64,000 nt of DNA from Ignavibacteriota bacterium (GTDB taxonomy: Bacteria; Bacteroidota; Ignavibacteria; UBA10030; UBA6906), in contig CAWDEM010000008.1 of the NCBI GenBank assembly GCA_963801355.1, forward strand, positions 2,176,001 to 2,240,000, read 5' to 3'. The translations under genes were made by a program, and so were the position numbers. Shown piece by piece: positions 16,105-25,603 of this stretch. Numbering within the stretch: the first letter of the stretch is position 1; the number at the start of each line of letters is the position of its first letter. The notes beneath the pieces are model-generated. The model ran no database searches and was not told where the DNA came from. It was given only the letters and a program-made list of their open reading frames with translations.

Positions 16105-16796
16105 TTTTTGGCTCCATTATTTTTCTGCCGGACTATCAAGAGCAGCCGGTACCGCCGGCCGTGTCGTTCGAGTTGAGCCGGCAAACCCCAATTTCTCATA
16201 CACTCCATCAAAGCGGATCACTGGTTTTCTATTCAAGTTGTCAGGGACCAGCACCGGTTGTCGCGACACGGTGGTCTGAATTGCGTCATTTCCATTTCAT
16301 AGCGATCCCCGCGGAAGCGGTGGTTGTGAACTGATGGGAAGAGCAGGGATGCAGAACGTTTCGTGGGCGGTGTGCTGAGGGGGGTGCCATGGCCAGTGCA
16401 GTAAGAGTTCGGGCTTGGCTACTCCTTGACGATGGACGATTCGCCGAGCATGATATCCCGTAGTGCACGGGACCTCCCGTAAGTGATGATGACCTTCCCA
16501 ACTGGGTGGGACAGGTTACTCGGCAATCATGATACAAAAGAACAGGAACAGAGAAATGACGGCTACAGAGTGCTATCTAGAACCACTATCAAATCGTATT
16601 TGTTCCCGTAGCGATAACAGAGCAAAACTCAACCAAGCGTAACGGTTTTTCGCTCTACAAGGCCGGGGGGGCCACCGCTTCAGTTTGAGTGCCCCACGCT
16701 CTTCAGGTCCTGCATATGCTGGTCATTGCTCCTGATCAAGGCTCTCGATGTCCTTGAGGAACCACTCAACCGGAAGGCCATTTATTCACTTTCTCG

Positions 16797-16815
16797 AGTG
16801 GTTTAGTACCACTCT
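16797..16815. terminator. Short hairpin downstream of the lipoprotein pair
   Basis: gagtggt-ttagt-accactc. Confidence 0.3.
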
Positions 16816-16832
16816 CAGTCAGCATCATACTC

Positions 16833-17198
16833 TCACGGCAACCGGATTTCAACCGGCTTGGATAAAGCAATGAATGCAACAATAATGCCAACGCCCAACA
16901 CGGCTGTTATGACAGTCTTGGTTATATCAAGTTCAATAATGACGACCTCTTTGATTTGTTCGTCTTGAACTATCCCATCGAAGTCCCACTCAGTCCTGAA
17001 CTCCCTATTGCGGATTGTTCCGATGACATGATACCCATTCGCGATTCTCTCATAGGTACGAGAAACAATGACTCTTCCATCGTTGAGTCGAAAGGTGACT
17101 TCAGCTGCAACTGGTGGACTATCTTTCGTTAGCGGTGTATTGGTGTAGCAACCAGTTACAAGGATGGCAAAAGACAGACAAACACAAATAAGTTTCAT
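16833..17198 (-). CDS. Hypothetical lipoprotein with C-terminal TM helix
   Basis: Lipobox LVTGC; paralog of the adjacent gene. Confidence 0.75.
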   Translation of the reverse strand: MKLICVCLSFAILVTGCYTNTPLTKDSPPVAAEVTFRLNDGRVIVSRTYERIANGYHVIGTIRNREFRTEWDFDGIVQDEQIKEVVIIELDITKTVITAVLGVGIIVAFIALSKPVEIRLP

Positions 17199-17223
17199 TT
17201 CAGACCTTCCCTGATGTGTGGTA

Positions 17224-17604
17224 TCACTTGAAGATAGGTGTCCGGTAAGCAGCTACAATCAATCCTACTGATACACCTACAACAAGAAGCCCAAATCCCA
17301 CCAGCCCGACAGTCTTTGCCACATCAATCTTCTTACTGACGACTTTTGCAATTTGGTCATCACGCAACACGACAGAAATCTCTTTGCAGTAGTACTGTCC
17401 GCTCATATGCTCGCCTGTGACTTCGTATCCATTTTCTATTCGATGGTGGTTACCAGCCTTTGATCGGATATATGTGCCATCGGTTAGATAGAACGTGAGT
17501 GCTACGTTGTCTAAATTGGGGGTATCATCCTTTGTTATGGTCGTAGGAGAGTAGCATCCTGTAAGCAGGATGGCAAAAGACAGACAAACACAAATGAGTT
17601 TCAT
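17224..17604 (-). CDS. Hypothetical lipoprotein with C-terminal TM helix
   Basis: Lipobox LLTGC; paralog of the adjacent gene. Confidence 0.75.
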   Translation of the reverse strand: MKLICVCLSFAILLTGCYSPTTITKDDTPNLDNVALTFYLTDGTYIRSKAGNHHRIENGYEVTGEHMSGQYYCKEISVVLRDDQIAKVVSKKIDVAKTVGLVGFGLLVVGVSVGLIVAAYRTPIFK

Positions 17605-17830
17605 AGCGCCACCTTCTATGCTGTCCCCAGATTCCAGACTCCCTTGTTTTCATAGGAAATATAGCATCTGGCGGACGGATTCCTGTCACAGTATTGTCAA
17701 AGAGGTGTCATGTGAGTATAGCCCTGTCTGGTCGAACAAAGGCTGGCGATTCGTGGGGGGAGACTGCCCATCAGGACGGAAATGATATTGTCTTCCGATA
17801 GGTTAACGGTTGAAGGTCAAACGGGAAGGA

Positions 17831-20638
17831 TTACTTCACAAGTAAGAGTTTCTTCGTCTCCATGTATGTTCCTGCTCCGCTCTTGGAGTCTCGCCCGACG
17901 GCGGAGTCCAGAGGGCGGATTTGCATCCGGCACAGATACACGCCGCTCGCCAGGTTGCTCCCATCGAACTGCACTTCATGGTATCCTGCATCTACTTCCC
18001 CTTGCACGAGCTGCGCCACCTGCTGGCTAAGCGTGTTGAAGACCGCCAGAGTCACGTGTGATCGTTGCGGTAGTCCATAGCGGATCGTAGTCAAAGGGTT
18101 GAAGGGATTGGGATAGTTTTGCCGGAGAGCGTATTCCGCGCACAGTTCATTCACCGCGCCATCCCGAACGTCGGAACCTGTCTCCACTCTGAAAGCCGGG
18201 TCGTACCATCCGCTCGCGTCCGTAAGCATCGTGGAGTATCGAGCGGAAGACGCATAGGCAGCGACCGAGTAGTAATAGTTCCCGTGCGCGGCTGGAGCAG
18301 TGCAGTTGAAGATGACAGTATCGGTTGTGCCAGCAGCGAAACCCTGTACACTTGTAGTCAGGTGCGCGTCATACGGAGAGGCCTGGTCTCTGTCAAAATA
18401 CAGACCTCCATGTGCTGACACAGCCAAAGCTCCCGGATAGTCGGGGTTCTTCATCTGAAGCTCAACCCGCAGCGCTGTCCCCGGAGCAACGGGGCTCTTT
18501 CCCCCGGGCGAGAGCTCCTCGTTCGTGCTATTGAGGAACACATGGACAGCAGGCATGTACGGCGAATTGTGGATGAACGATTCAGTCGTTACCCGGCCGC
18601 CAATCACACCTATCCCTGATTTCTCCCCCCAGAATTGTTCACCCCAGGGTCTCGAAGGATCGGTCACATAGACCCTGTAGAAGTAATCACTCCCTACCGG
18701 TATGTCTGCAAATGTGACAACACCACTCGCATTCGTCGGACCTTCAGCCACCTGAGCGTTGCTGTTGTTGTGCAACACTACCCTGGCAAGCGCGCCGGGG
18801 CTCCCCCAATTCTCAGCGTTAGTCACAGTGATTGCGAGGCTGCCAACAAAGGTCGTTAATTCCGACAAGGGCCGTCGCCAGACGCCGTCCTTGCCTGTCC
18901 CTGCGAACAAGTACTCCCCACGCACGGCCAGAGAGCGAATCCATTTGTTGGGGCTGGTGCACGTCAGACCTTCCTCAGCTGCGACCCAGGTTGTTCCATT
19001 GTTGGTTGAAACGGCAAACTTATCAGCGGTGCCAGCGAAGATAGTGCTCCCGCTGGCGGCAAAGGCCAGGACCCATCTGCCTTCTATCCCGGTATTTGCC
19101 GTTGACCACGTTGTGCCATTGTCGGTCGAACGAAAGAGGGCGGTCGGTGTTCCCACAAGTAGGTTCGTGCCGTAGACGCCGAGGGCCTCAACACCCACAT
19201 CTGATATTCCCGCATTGGCGGGAGTCCAGTTCGCGCCGTGATCAGTCGATCGGTAGACTCCCCTGCCGCCTGTACCGGCGAAGAGATATGTATCATTGGC
19301 AGCGAGAGCATTGATAGAAGCATCGGGCAGACCCGAGCTGGCCAAAACCCAAGTCGCACCACGATCTGTTGTACGAAAGACTCCACCAAAGGTGCCTACA
19401 AAGACGTCTGTTCCATCGGTAAGGAGCGACGTTACCAGGTAGTTCGTGAGGCCGGCGTTGACACTTCTCCAACTCGCCCCATGATTTATAGAGAGGTAGA
19501 CGCCTCCCTCCCATGCACCGGCGAAGAGATCGTCACCGCTGCCAGCCAGGCACTCCACGACAGTCCATAACATGCCCTCGTTGACAGGTGTCCACGTGTT
19601 GCCATTGTCAGTCGACCGTGCAATACCGTTGCCGTCCGCGCTGGCAAACAGATCATTGCCCAGAGCTGTCAGAGCCGAGATATATGAATGTGTGATCCCT
19701 GAATCGACCTCAGTCCAAGTGGCGCCTTTGTCTGAAGAACGGAAGATTCCACCGGCCGTCCCTGCAAAAATGTACGCAGCATTGCATGTAACGGCCCATG
19801 CAAAATGGCCCGCCGGTCCGCACGGCGTCCAGTTCGCCCCGTTGTCGGTGGTCCGAAAGACTCCCCCTCCGAATGTTCCTGCCAGCAGGGATGTGCTATC
19901 AGAGGCGAACGTGACGACATAGTGATTGCGCAGACCTGAAGTGACTGGCGTCCACGTAGCGACGCTGTCTGTTGAGCGATACACACCATGGCCGTACCGG
20001 GAACCCGCAAACAGGTCGTCTCCCCTAGTGGCGAGCGCCCAGACACTGGCCAAGGGCAGACCGGTGTTGAATGAGGCCCAGCTGGCGCCACGATTGGTGG
20101 AACGAAAAACGCCGCCTTCGGTCCCGGCGAAGAGGCTGCTCCCACGTGCAACCAGGGCACGCACAAATGTGTTCGTCAATCCGGAATTGACGGGAGTCCA
20201 GTCGGTACCGTTGTTCGTTGAAAGAAAGACACCGTCCCGAGTGCCCGCATACAGATTCGTTCCGATACGGGCAAACGCAAAGACATATGGGTCCTTCGGG
20301 AACCCCGCATTGATAGCTGTCCAGTGCACCCCAAGGTCTGTCGTAAGAAAAGCACCCCCCTCCTCGGTGCCTGCAAAGAGATTCGTTCCATCAAACAAAA
20401 GCGCCCACAGGTACAGGTTGGTCAGCCCTGAGTTGACTTGACTCCAGTGCATCCCGTTGTCGGTCGAATGGTAGATGCCGGCACCGCGTATCCCGGCAAA
20501 GATATGCGAACCGCTGGTGGCAAGCGCCATGGTGCTGCCGCCATACGGTCCGTTGGTCTGGACCCACTGCGCATAGCTGACATACCTTCCCAGCAAAACG
20601 ATCAAACACACGAGAACGACTCGGCAAGGAGTAGCCAT
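17831..20638 (-). CDS. T9SS-sorted BNR/Asp-box beta-propeller repeat protein
   Basis: AQWVQTNGPYGG; many LFAGT..GVFRSTDNGxxW repeats; GVWRRPLSE; RQNYPNPFNP CTD. Confidence 0.9.
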   Translation of the reverse strand: MATPCRVVLVCLIVLLGRYVSYAQWVQTNGPYGGSTMALATSGSHIFAGIRGAGIYHSTDNGMHWSQVNSGLTNLYLWALLFDGTNLFAGTEEGGAFLTTDLGVHWTAINAGFPKDPYVFAFARIGTNLYAGTRDGVFLSTNNGTDWTPVNSGLTNTFVRALVARGSSLFAGTEGGVFRSTNRGASWASFNTGLPLASVWALATRGDDLFAGSRYGHGVYRSTDSVATWTPVTSGLRNHYVVTFASDSTSLLAGTFGGGVFRTTDNGANWTPCGPAGHFAWAVTCNAAYIFAGTAGGIFRSSDKGATWTEVDSGITHSYISALTALGNDLFASADGNGIARSTDNGNTWTPVNEGMLWTVVECLAGSGDDLFAGAWEGGVYLSINHGASWRSVNAGLTNYLVTSLLTDGTDVFVGTFGGVFRTTDRGATWVLASSGLPDASINALAANDTYLFAGTGGRGVYRSTDHGANWTPANAGISDVGVEALGVYGTNLLVGTPTALFRSTDNGTTWSTANTGIEGRWVLAFAASGSTIFAGTADKFAVSTNNGTTWVAAEEGLTCTSPNKWIRSLAVRGEYLFAGTGKDGVWRRPLSELTTFVGSLAITVTNAENWGSPGALARVVLHNNSNAQVAEGPTNASGVVTFADIPVGSDYFYRVYVTDPSRPWGEQFWGEKSGIGVIGGRVTTESFIHNSPYMPAVHVFLNSTNEELSPGGKSPVAPGTALRVELQMKNPDYPGALAVSAHGGLYFDRDQASPYDAHLTTSVQGFAAGTTDTVIFNCTAPAAHGNYYYSVAAYASSARYSTMLTDASGWYDPAFRVETGSDVRDGAVNELCAEYALRQNYPNPFNPLTTIRYGLPQRSHVTLAVFNTLSQQVAQLVQGEVDAGYHEVQFDGSNLASGVYLCRMQIRPLDSAVGRDSKSGAGTYMETKKLLLVK
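17876..17920. repeat. 45-nt palindromic in-frame insertion in a T9SS CTD, copy 2
   Basis: Encodes IRPLDSAVGRDSKSG between RMQ and AGTYMETKK. Confidence 0.85.
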
Positions 20639-20830
20639 TGGACTGACCCTCCTGTAAGAAGTGCCCGAGAGACTCCGGTTTGTCCTTCCGTTGTTCGCTT
20701 GCTGTGGCGGCTTCTTGTGTGACAGTGGGTCTGGATATTCCCCCTGTCGGACACAGAACGAACGATGGGATGCTATACTGCAGGAACGGCTGGTTTACAG
20801 TCGGGGAAGAGAGAGGCGTCTCCCGCCATT

Positions 20831-20859
20831 AAGATACCCTGCAGCACTAACAGTGTCAA
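20831..20859 (-). promoter_or_regulatory. sigma70-like promoter
   Basis: TTGACA-17 nt-TATCTT. Confidence 0.55.
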
Positions 20860-20863
20860 ATGG

Positions 20864-21325
20864 TCAAGCGGGGCAACGGATCCTATTCTTGCCATATTTC
20901 TTGGCGCATTTCGGGCAAGTGGTGTACCACATATACCATTTTTTAACATTCATCCCCTTATCCTTAACAATACTTTCAAAATCCTTGCACCACTTTCCAG
21001 TTTCCTTAAAATCGCCTTCGTAAACCTTGCTGAAAAACATTCCCGACAAACCGACATTCTCCGCCCCGGGGACTTCTCGATCAACCGCCACATACAAATC
21101 CATATTCCATTTTGAGGTATGATCGGAAAGACTCACCCATGCATGCAATTTAGCTCCGACCGCATCCATTCTTTTCATAATCTTCTTTATCACAGAGCCA
21201 AAATTCACGGGCATGTAAAAGATTGTAAAGACTTTATCTTTAATGAATTGTTTGTTGTCTCACTCTAAAGCTATCCCATCCCAGGGCGCGGGGTCAAATT
21301 TTGGACAACATTCTTTATCCTGAAC
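20864..21325 (-). pseudogene. Decayed conserved hypothetical gene (CCPKFDP...YTTCPKCAKKYGKN family)
   Basis: Continuous frame interrupted by TGA at 21260-21262; no start codon; C-terminus appears truncated; AT-rich. Confidence 0.7.
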
Positions 21326-21443
21326 GTTGTTGAAGGATTGATAAAGAAATGATTTTTGAGAGTAGCCAAGCCAAAAGTCTTTCGCGCCTAAGATCGGCTG
21401 GCGAGCTCTCGCAGAGGGCGAGCCAAACCTTTCTTTTTCCAAC

Positions 21444-21529
<86 letters not shown>

Positions 21530-21748
21530 GTGCCGTCGGTTTGCCAACCGGTGACGAGAGTGGCAATAACGGCTACGGCACCAGTTGGTCTGAAGAGAAT
21601 GTACGAAATACCGGCAACCGTCGCAAGCCAAGTTAATGGGATTCGGCTCTTGCCGCTGTTCCTGTTTCCTATCTCCAGCTTCCGCTTGCCTCTCTCCTCA
21701 CTCGCCTTCGCCCATCAAACACGTACATCAATCGCCGCTTACCGCGTG

Positions 21749-21829
21749 CACGAGCAGAAGCTTCTTCGTCTCCATGTACGATCCCGCCTGCATCCGGTAC
21801 AGGTATACTCCGCTCGCCAGCCCACTTGC
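21749..21829 (-). pseudogene. Orphan 3' fragment of a T9SS CTD
   Basis: ASGLASGVYLYRMQAGSYMETKKLLLV with no upstream gene body. Confidence 0.8.
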
Positions 21830-21884
21830 TTGCTTGTTGCGATTAGTCCCTCGAGGTCGTATTTTGTGGGGAAAAGACTCCGAT

Positions 21885-22949
21885 ATGGCTCGCTTCTTCC
21901 GAAAACGCGATCAGCTCCAGGGCCAGGTCCCCGGATCCCTCATCTTCGTCGGCACACGAAAGGTCGAACGAAGCTCAATACATGTGATCGATTACGACGC
22001 TGACCACCTGAACGAATTCGACCTGACGGACGTCAATCAACTTGAAGAGCTCCCGTCTGCGCCCACATGCCGATGGGTGAACGTTTACGGATTGCACGAT
22101 GTCGACCTGGTCAGCCGCCTCGGTGCACACTTCAACATCCACGCCATGGTGATCGAAGACGTCCTGAATACCGGCCAGCGACCCAAACTGGAAGAATTCG
22201 ACGACTTCCTCTTTCTGGTGATCAAAATGTTCAAGTATGATCAGGAACAGGAGGCGGTCCTCCAGGATCAACTGAGCATGCTGATTGGAAGAAGCTTCCT
22301 TATCACCTTTCAGGAGCAAAGTGGGAATGTGTTCGCGCCGGTCCGGGATCGTATCCGCAAGATGAAGGGACGGATCCGCCAGCTGGAAGTTGACTACCTC
22401 ATGTATGCGCTTCTGGATACGGTGGTGGACGGCTACGTCGACGTTATCGAAAGAATCGGGGGGCACGTGGAAGAGCTTGACGAGAAGGTGCTGGACGAGC
22501 CCGACAAGGAAGTGCTCACAGAGGTCGCCAACGCCAAACGCGAGATCAACTATCTACGCAAGTCCATCCGCCCAGCACGCGATGCAATCATCCATTTGGG
22601 AAAGGTGGATACCGACCTCCTCCACGATTACATGGTGCCGTTTCTGAAAGATCTTCAGGAACTGATAACACATGCCACGGAGGTTGTCGAGATCTACCGC
22701 GAGATGGTCACCGACCAGCTGAATATCTACCATTCCTCTCTCAGCAACCGCATGAACGATGTGATGAAGGTGCTGACAATCTTTGCAGCGATCTTCATTC
22801 CGTTGACATTTATCGCCGGTGTCTACGGGACGAACTTTGACTACCTGCCGGAGCTGCATTACCGCCACAGTTACTTCATCTTCTGGGGAGTCATCATCAT
22901 CGTGGCGGCAGTCATGCTCATCTTTTTCAAAAGAAAGAAATGGTTGTGA
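21885..22949 (+). CDS. corA: CorA family Mg2+/Co2+ transporter
   Basis: WVNVYGLHD; QRPKLEE; MNDVMKVLT; PLTFIAGVYGTNF. Confidence 0.93.
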   Translation: MARFFRKRDQLQGQVPGSLIFVGTRKVERSSIHVIDYDADHLNEFDLTDVNQLEELPSAPTCRWVNVYGLHDVDLVSRLGAHFNIHAMVIEDVLNTGQRPKLEEFDDFLFLVIKMFKYDQEQEAVLQDQLSMLIGRSFLITFQEQSGNVFAPVRDRIRKMKGRIRQLEVDYLMYALLDTVVDGYVDVIERIGGHVEELDEKVLDEPDKEVLTEVANAKREINYLRKSIRPARDAIIHLGKVDTDLLHDYMVPFLKDLQELITHATEVVEIYREMVTDQLNIYHSSLSNRMNDVMKVLTIFAAIFIPLTFIAGVYGTNFDYLPELHYRHSYFIFWGVIIIVAAVMLIFFKRKKWL

Positions 22950-23003
22950 CGTGCACCACCGCATTCATTCAGCCTGGTCTGTTTTCCGGAAGATCGTCTA
23001 AAG

Positions 23004-23089
23004 ATGCACGGTATCGATGTCGTAACGATCCTGGAACGCATCACCCGTGAGCACGGTTTTCCCAAACGGATCAAGGAGGCGAGTTCGTC
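23004..23089 (+). mobile_element. Tiny IS3-family transposase (rve core) remnant
   Basis: GIDVVTILERITREHGFPKRIK then out-of-frame GEFV, resembling the ..GxPxxIxxDNGxEF.. motif with DN deleted. Confidence 0.5.
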
Positions 23090-23097
23090 AACGGAGA

Positions 23098-25545
23098 CTA
23101 TTTAATCAACACCATCTGTTTCATCAGCATCTTGCTATCACATGCAAGCCGCGCGTAATACACTCCGCTTGCCAGGCCCGATGCATCGAATCGCGCCAGG
23201 TATTGTCGGCCGGCTTCCGCTTCTTCGTCATACAGTGTCGCGATTTCCTGTCCGAGCGCGCTCAGTATCGTCAGGGTGGCACGTCCATTGACCGGAACGG
23301 TGAACTGAAGGAAAGTCGTCGGGTTGAACGGATTCGGATAGTTATGCGTGAGGGTAAACCGGGCAGGAAGATGTCCCTTCTGGTGTGAAATGCCTGTGAC
23401 GGTCGTGAGATCACCCATGCCAGCCCACGTCATGAGGAACGGCCAGATACTCCCGGTCCGCTGTTCTGGCAGCGTCACCTTCTCCACGGCTGAAGCACCC
23501 AGGCGGTCTTGCAGCTGCTGGTAGTACAAACTTCTCGGGAATACCCGCACTCCCCAGCTTTCCCAGAATCCCGCGCCGTTCTGCACGAGACCGGAACACC
23601 CGATACCCCAGTTCATGGCTCCGAGAGGACTTTCCACCTTGAACTCACTTACATCGGACTGGCAGTTCCAGAACATGGTCTGAGCACCTGCCCAGCCATG
23701 ACCGGTACCCATGGCTTTCCTGTTCTGCACGCGCGTTTCCCCGCCCCGGATGTTGTCAAACAGGAGACCGGTCGCGTACCGGTGATGCGGCCCGATATCT
23801 GCATATGTCTGCGTAGAGAATCCATCCACAAACACATTTGGCCCTGCGACACGCGACCCGGTGACGAAATCGTGTCTGCCGCCGCGCGTATAACACCGCT
23901 GGAAGAGGTTGAAAGAGCCTTTGTCGATATTGAACGAATACTTCCTGGATCCGGTGGTGATCGATTTGGGATCCAGCATCGCACATTCTTCGATTGTACT
24001 GAAATACGCCCAACTCAACATCACACAGGAATACCCGAAATAGCGCGCGGTCACATTGCGCACCCAGCAATCCGTTGTCTGGGAAAGAATCACGGCGGTC
24101 CATCCATGACTTTCATCCTCTTCACCCGCGTACACGGAAGAGATCAGCAGACGTTCCACACCACAATTGCTCAGCCTGCCTTTGATGGTCACTCTGGTGA
24201 CTTCCCCTCCGCCGAAAAGGCTCTCAATTGCCTGCACAAGCGGGACATTGAACGAGAGCTGATTCCCGTTGATGCCGGTGATGACTCTTTCATAGGAGAC
24301 CCTGTACTCGGAAGCGACCCATCCGTACTGCGCCATATCCAGGGCGGCAATCCACGCCTCGTTTGGTGTCCTGGTGATTCTTATCGTATCGCCGACGGCA
24401 AATCCGGCCGCATTGTCGACGTCGACAGTGGTTGCACCTGTCGGCACATACGGCGTCGTTATTCTCCTTGCCCCCAGAGGTACGGCTGGCAGCGGGCGCG
24501 TCGCATAGGTGAGTGTCATTTCATCCCACGAATCGGCCTTGATAACCGATACGGAGATATTCACCGTCTTGATGGCCGCGGAATCCCCGGCAAGATCCTT
24601 CTTGGCATACATCCTCAGCACGGCGCCTTTCACGCTGTCATGCACCGCCGTCAGGTCAAATCTGAGATAGCCTTCACGGGTCACATCGTCATTCACCCCG
24701 GCATTCTTCAGGGCCACGGAGACGTCCGCTCCAAAATTGAGATTCGCACTGGTCCCGCCTTGAACGTACGTATCGGCAACCGGAGAGAGGGAAACAACGC
24801 TGTCGAGGCCGGTGGTTGCCGACTGTACGGTGATGCGCACGATCGGACGATTCGCGGCCGATTCTTCCCGGCTGGCGAAATTGACGTACTGGCTCACATC
24901 GGCGGTGAGATGGAAAGAAATGATCTTGTCTCCGGTTATTTCTTGTGCCACACCTCTGAGAACATTGAACTCCTGCCACGTCCGGGCCGGGGGAAAGAGT
25001 TGTGTATCAAGAAGATCTTCCGTTGTGGGCTCGGAGAATGATTCGTTACCGGAGAGTTGAATAAAATCGTGCTGTGTGGGAGAAGTCGCAACAAGTTCCG
25101 TCCCGCCCCCCTCCGGGGTATTTTGTCCTTCCCCTCTGAGAACAACACCGCTTGTGTTGATGAAGAGCGAACCGTTCACTTCATAGCGGCCTCTTTTGAG
25201 AAGCACCGCGCCGCGAAATCCATCCTTGTCCATCGAACGGGAGGAGACACGGTCGATTGCAGATTGGATGACCGTCCTGGCATCTCCGCTCGCCGCCTCA
25301 ACTGTTTCCGCGACCGGGACACTCGGCAGGGGGATGCCGCCGCCCCTGTATCCTGCAAAGGAGAAGTCGGGAATCGTATTCACGGCATTCGTTTGGCCGG
25401 TATTGGCATAAGGCGCATACGCCAGTTTCCCTCCGGAACCCATCCAGACAAGGCTGCTTGTCTGTGCGTAGAATGGCTGCCAGCCTCCGAGAAGCGCAGT
25501 CATCATGAGCAGAGAGCGCATGTGTGTCATTTCTAATCGCAACAC
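23098..25545 (-). CDS. T9SS-sorted beta-helix polysaccharide-lyase-like protein with DNRLRE/CBM96-like insert
   Basis: IPDFSFAGY; IQSAID; SGVVLRGEG; GRHDF; GPHHRY; HNYPNPFNP CTD. Confidence 0.8.
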   Translation of the reverse strand: MLRLEMTHMRSLLMMTALLGGWQPFYAQTSSLVWMGSGGKLAYAPYANTGQTNAVNTIPDFSFAGYRGGGIPLPSVPVAETVEAASGDARTVIQSAIDRVSSRSMDKDGFRGAVLLKRGRYEVNGSLFINTSGVVLRGEGQNTPEGGGTELVATSPTQHDFIQLSGNESFSEPTTEDLLDTQLFPPARTWQEFNVLRGVAQEITGDKIISFHLTADVSQYVNFASREESAANRPIVRITVQSATTGLDSVVSLSPVADTYVQGGTSANLNFGADVSVALKNAGVNDDVTREGYLRFDLTAVHDSVKGAVLRMYAKKDLAGDSAAIKTVNISVSVIKADSWDEMTLTYATRPLPAVPLGARRITTPYVPTGATTVDVDNAAGFAVGDTIRITRTPNEAWIAALDMAQYGWVASEYRVSYERVITGINGNQLSFNVPLVQAIESLFGGGEVTRVTIKGRLSNCGVERLLISSVYAGEEDESHGWTAVILSQTTDCWVRNVTARYFGYSCVMLSWAYFSTIEECAMLDPKSITTGSRKYSFNIDKGSFNLFQRCYTRGGRHDFVTGSRVAGPNVFVDGFSTQTYADIGPHHRYATGLLFDNIRGGETRVQNRKAMGTGHGWAGAQTMFWNCQSDVSEFKVESPLGAMNWGIGCSGLVQNGAGFWESWGVRVFPRSLYYQQLQDRLGASAVEKVTLPEQRTGSIWPFLMTWAGMGDLTTVTGISHQKGHLPARFTLTHNYPNPFNPTTFLQFTVPVNGRATLTILSALGQEIATLYDEEAEAGRQYLARFDASGLASGVYYARLACDSKMLMKQMVLIK

Positions 25546-25603
25546 TATGATCTCCGAAAAGCCGCAATATCACAACTGCGCACAGCCGGTACGCTTCTCC
25601 TCA

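Noticed and set aside
16723-16779. Possible fourth copy of the small-ORF family (GLPVEWFLKDIESLDQEQ*)
   Set aside because: Only a 12/13-nt match and GLPV/LKD are shared, and it is not colinear with the other copies. Too weak.
21260-21262. In-frame TGA as recoding (Trp or Sec) or an alternative genetic code
   Set aside because: Other Trp codons in the gene are TGG, and the gene also lacks a start and appears truncated. A nonsense mutation is simpler.
23509-25041. 510-aa plus-strand ORF, and similar long ORFs at 30987-32378, 44614-45813, 51336-52226, 56933-57976 and 62089-63282
   Set aside because: These are antisense shadows of well-supported minus-strand genes in GC-rich DNA and show no recognisable motifs.
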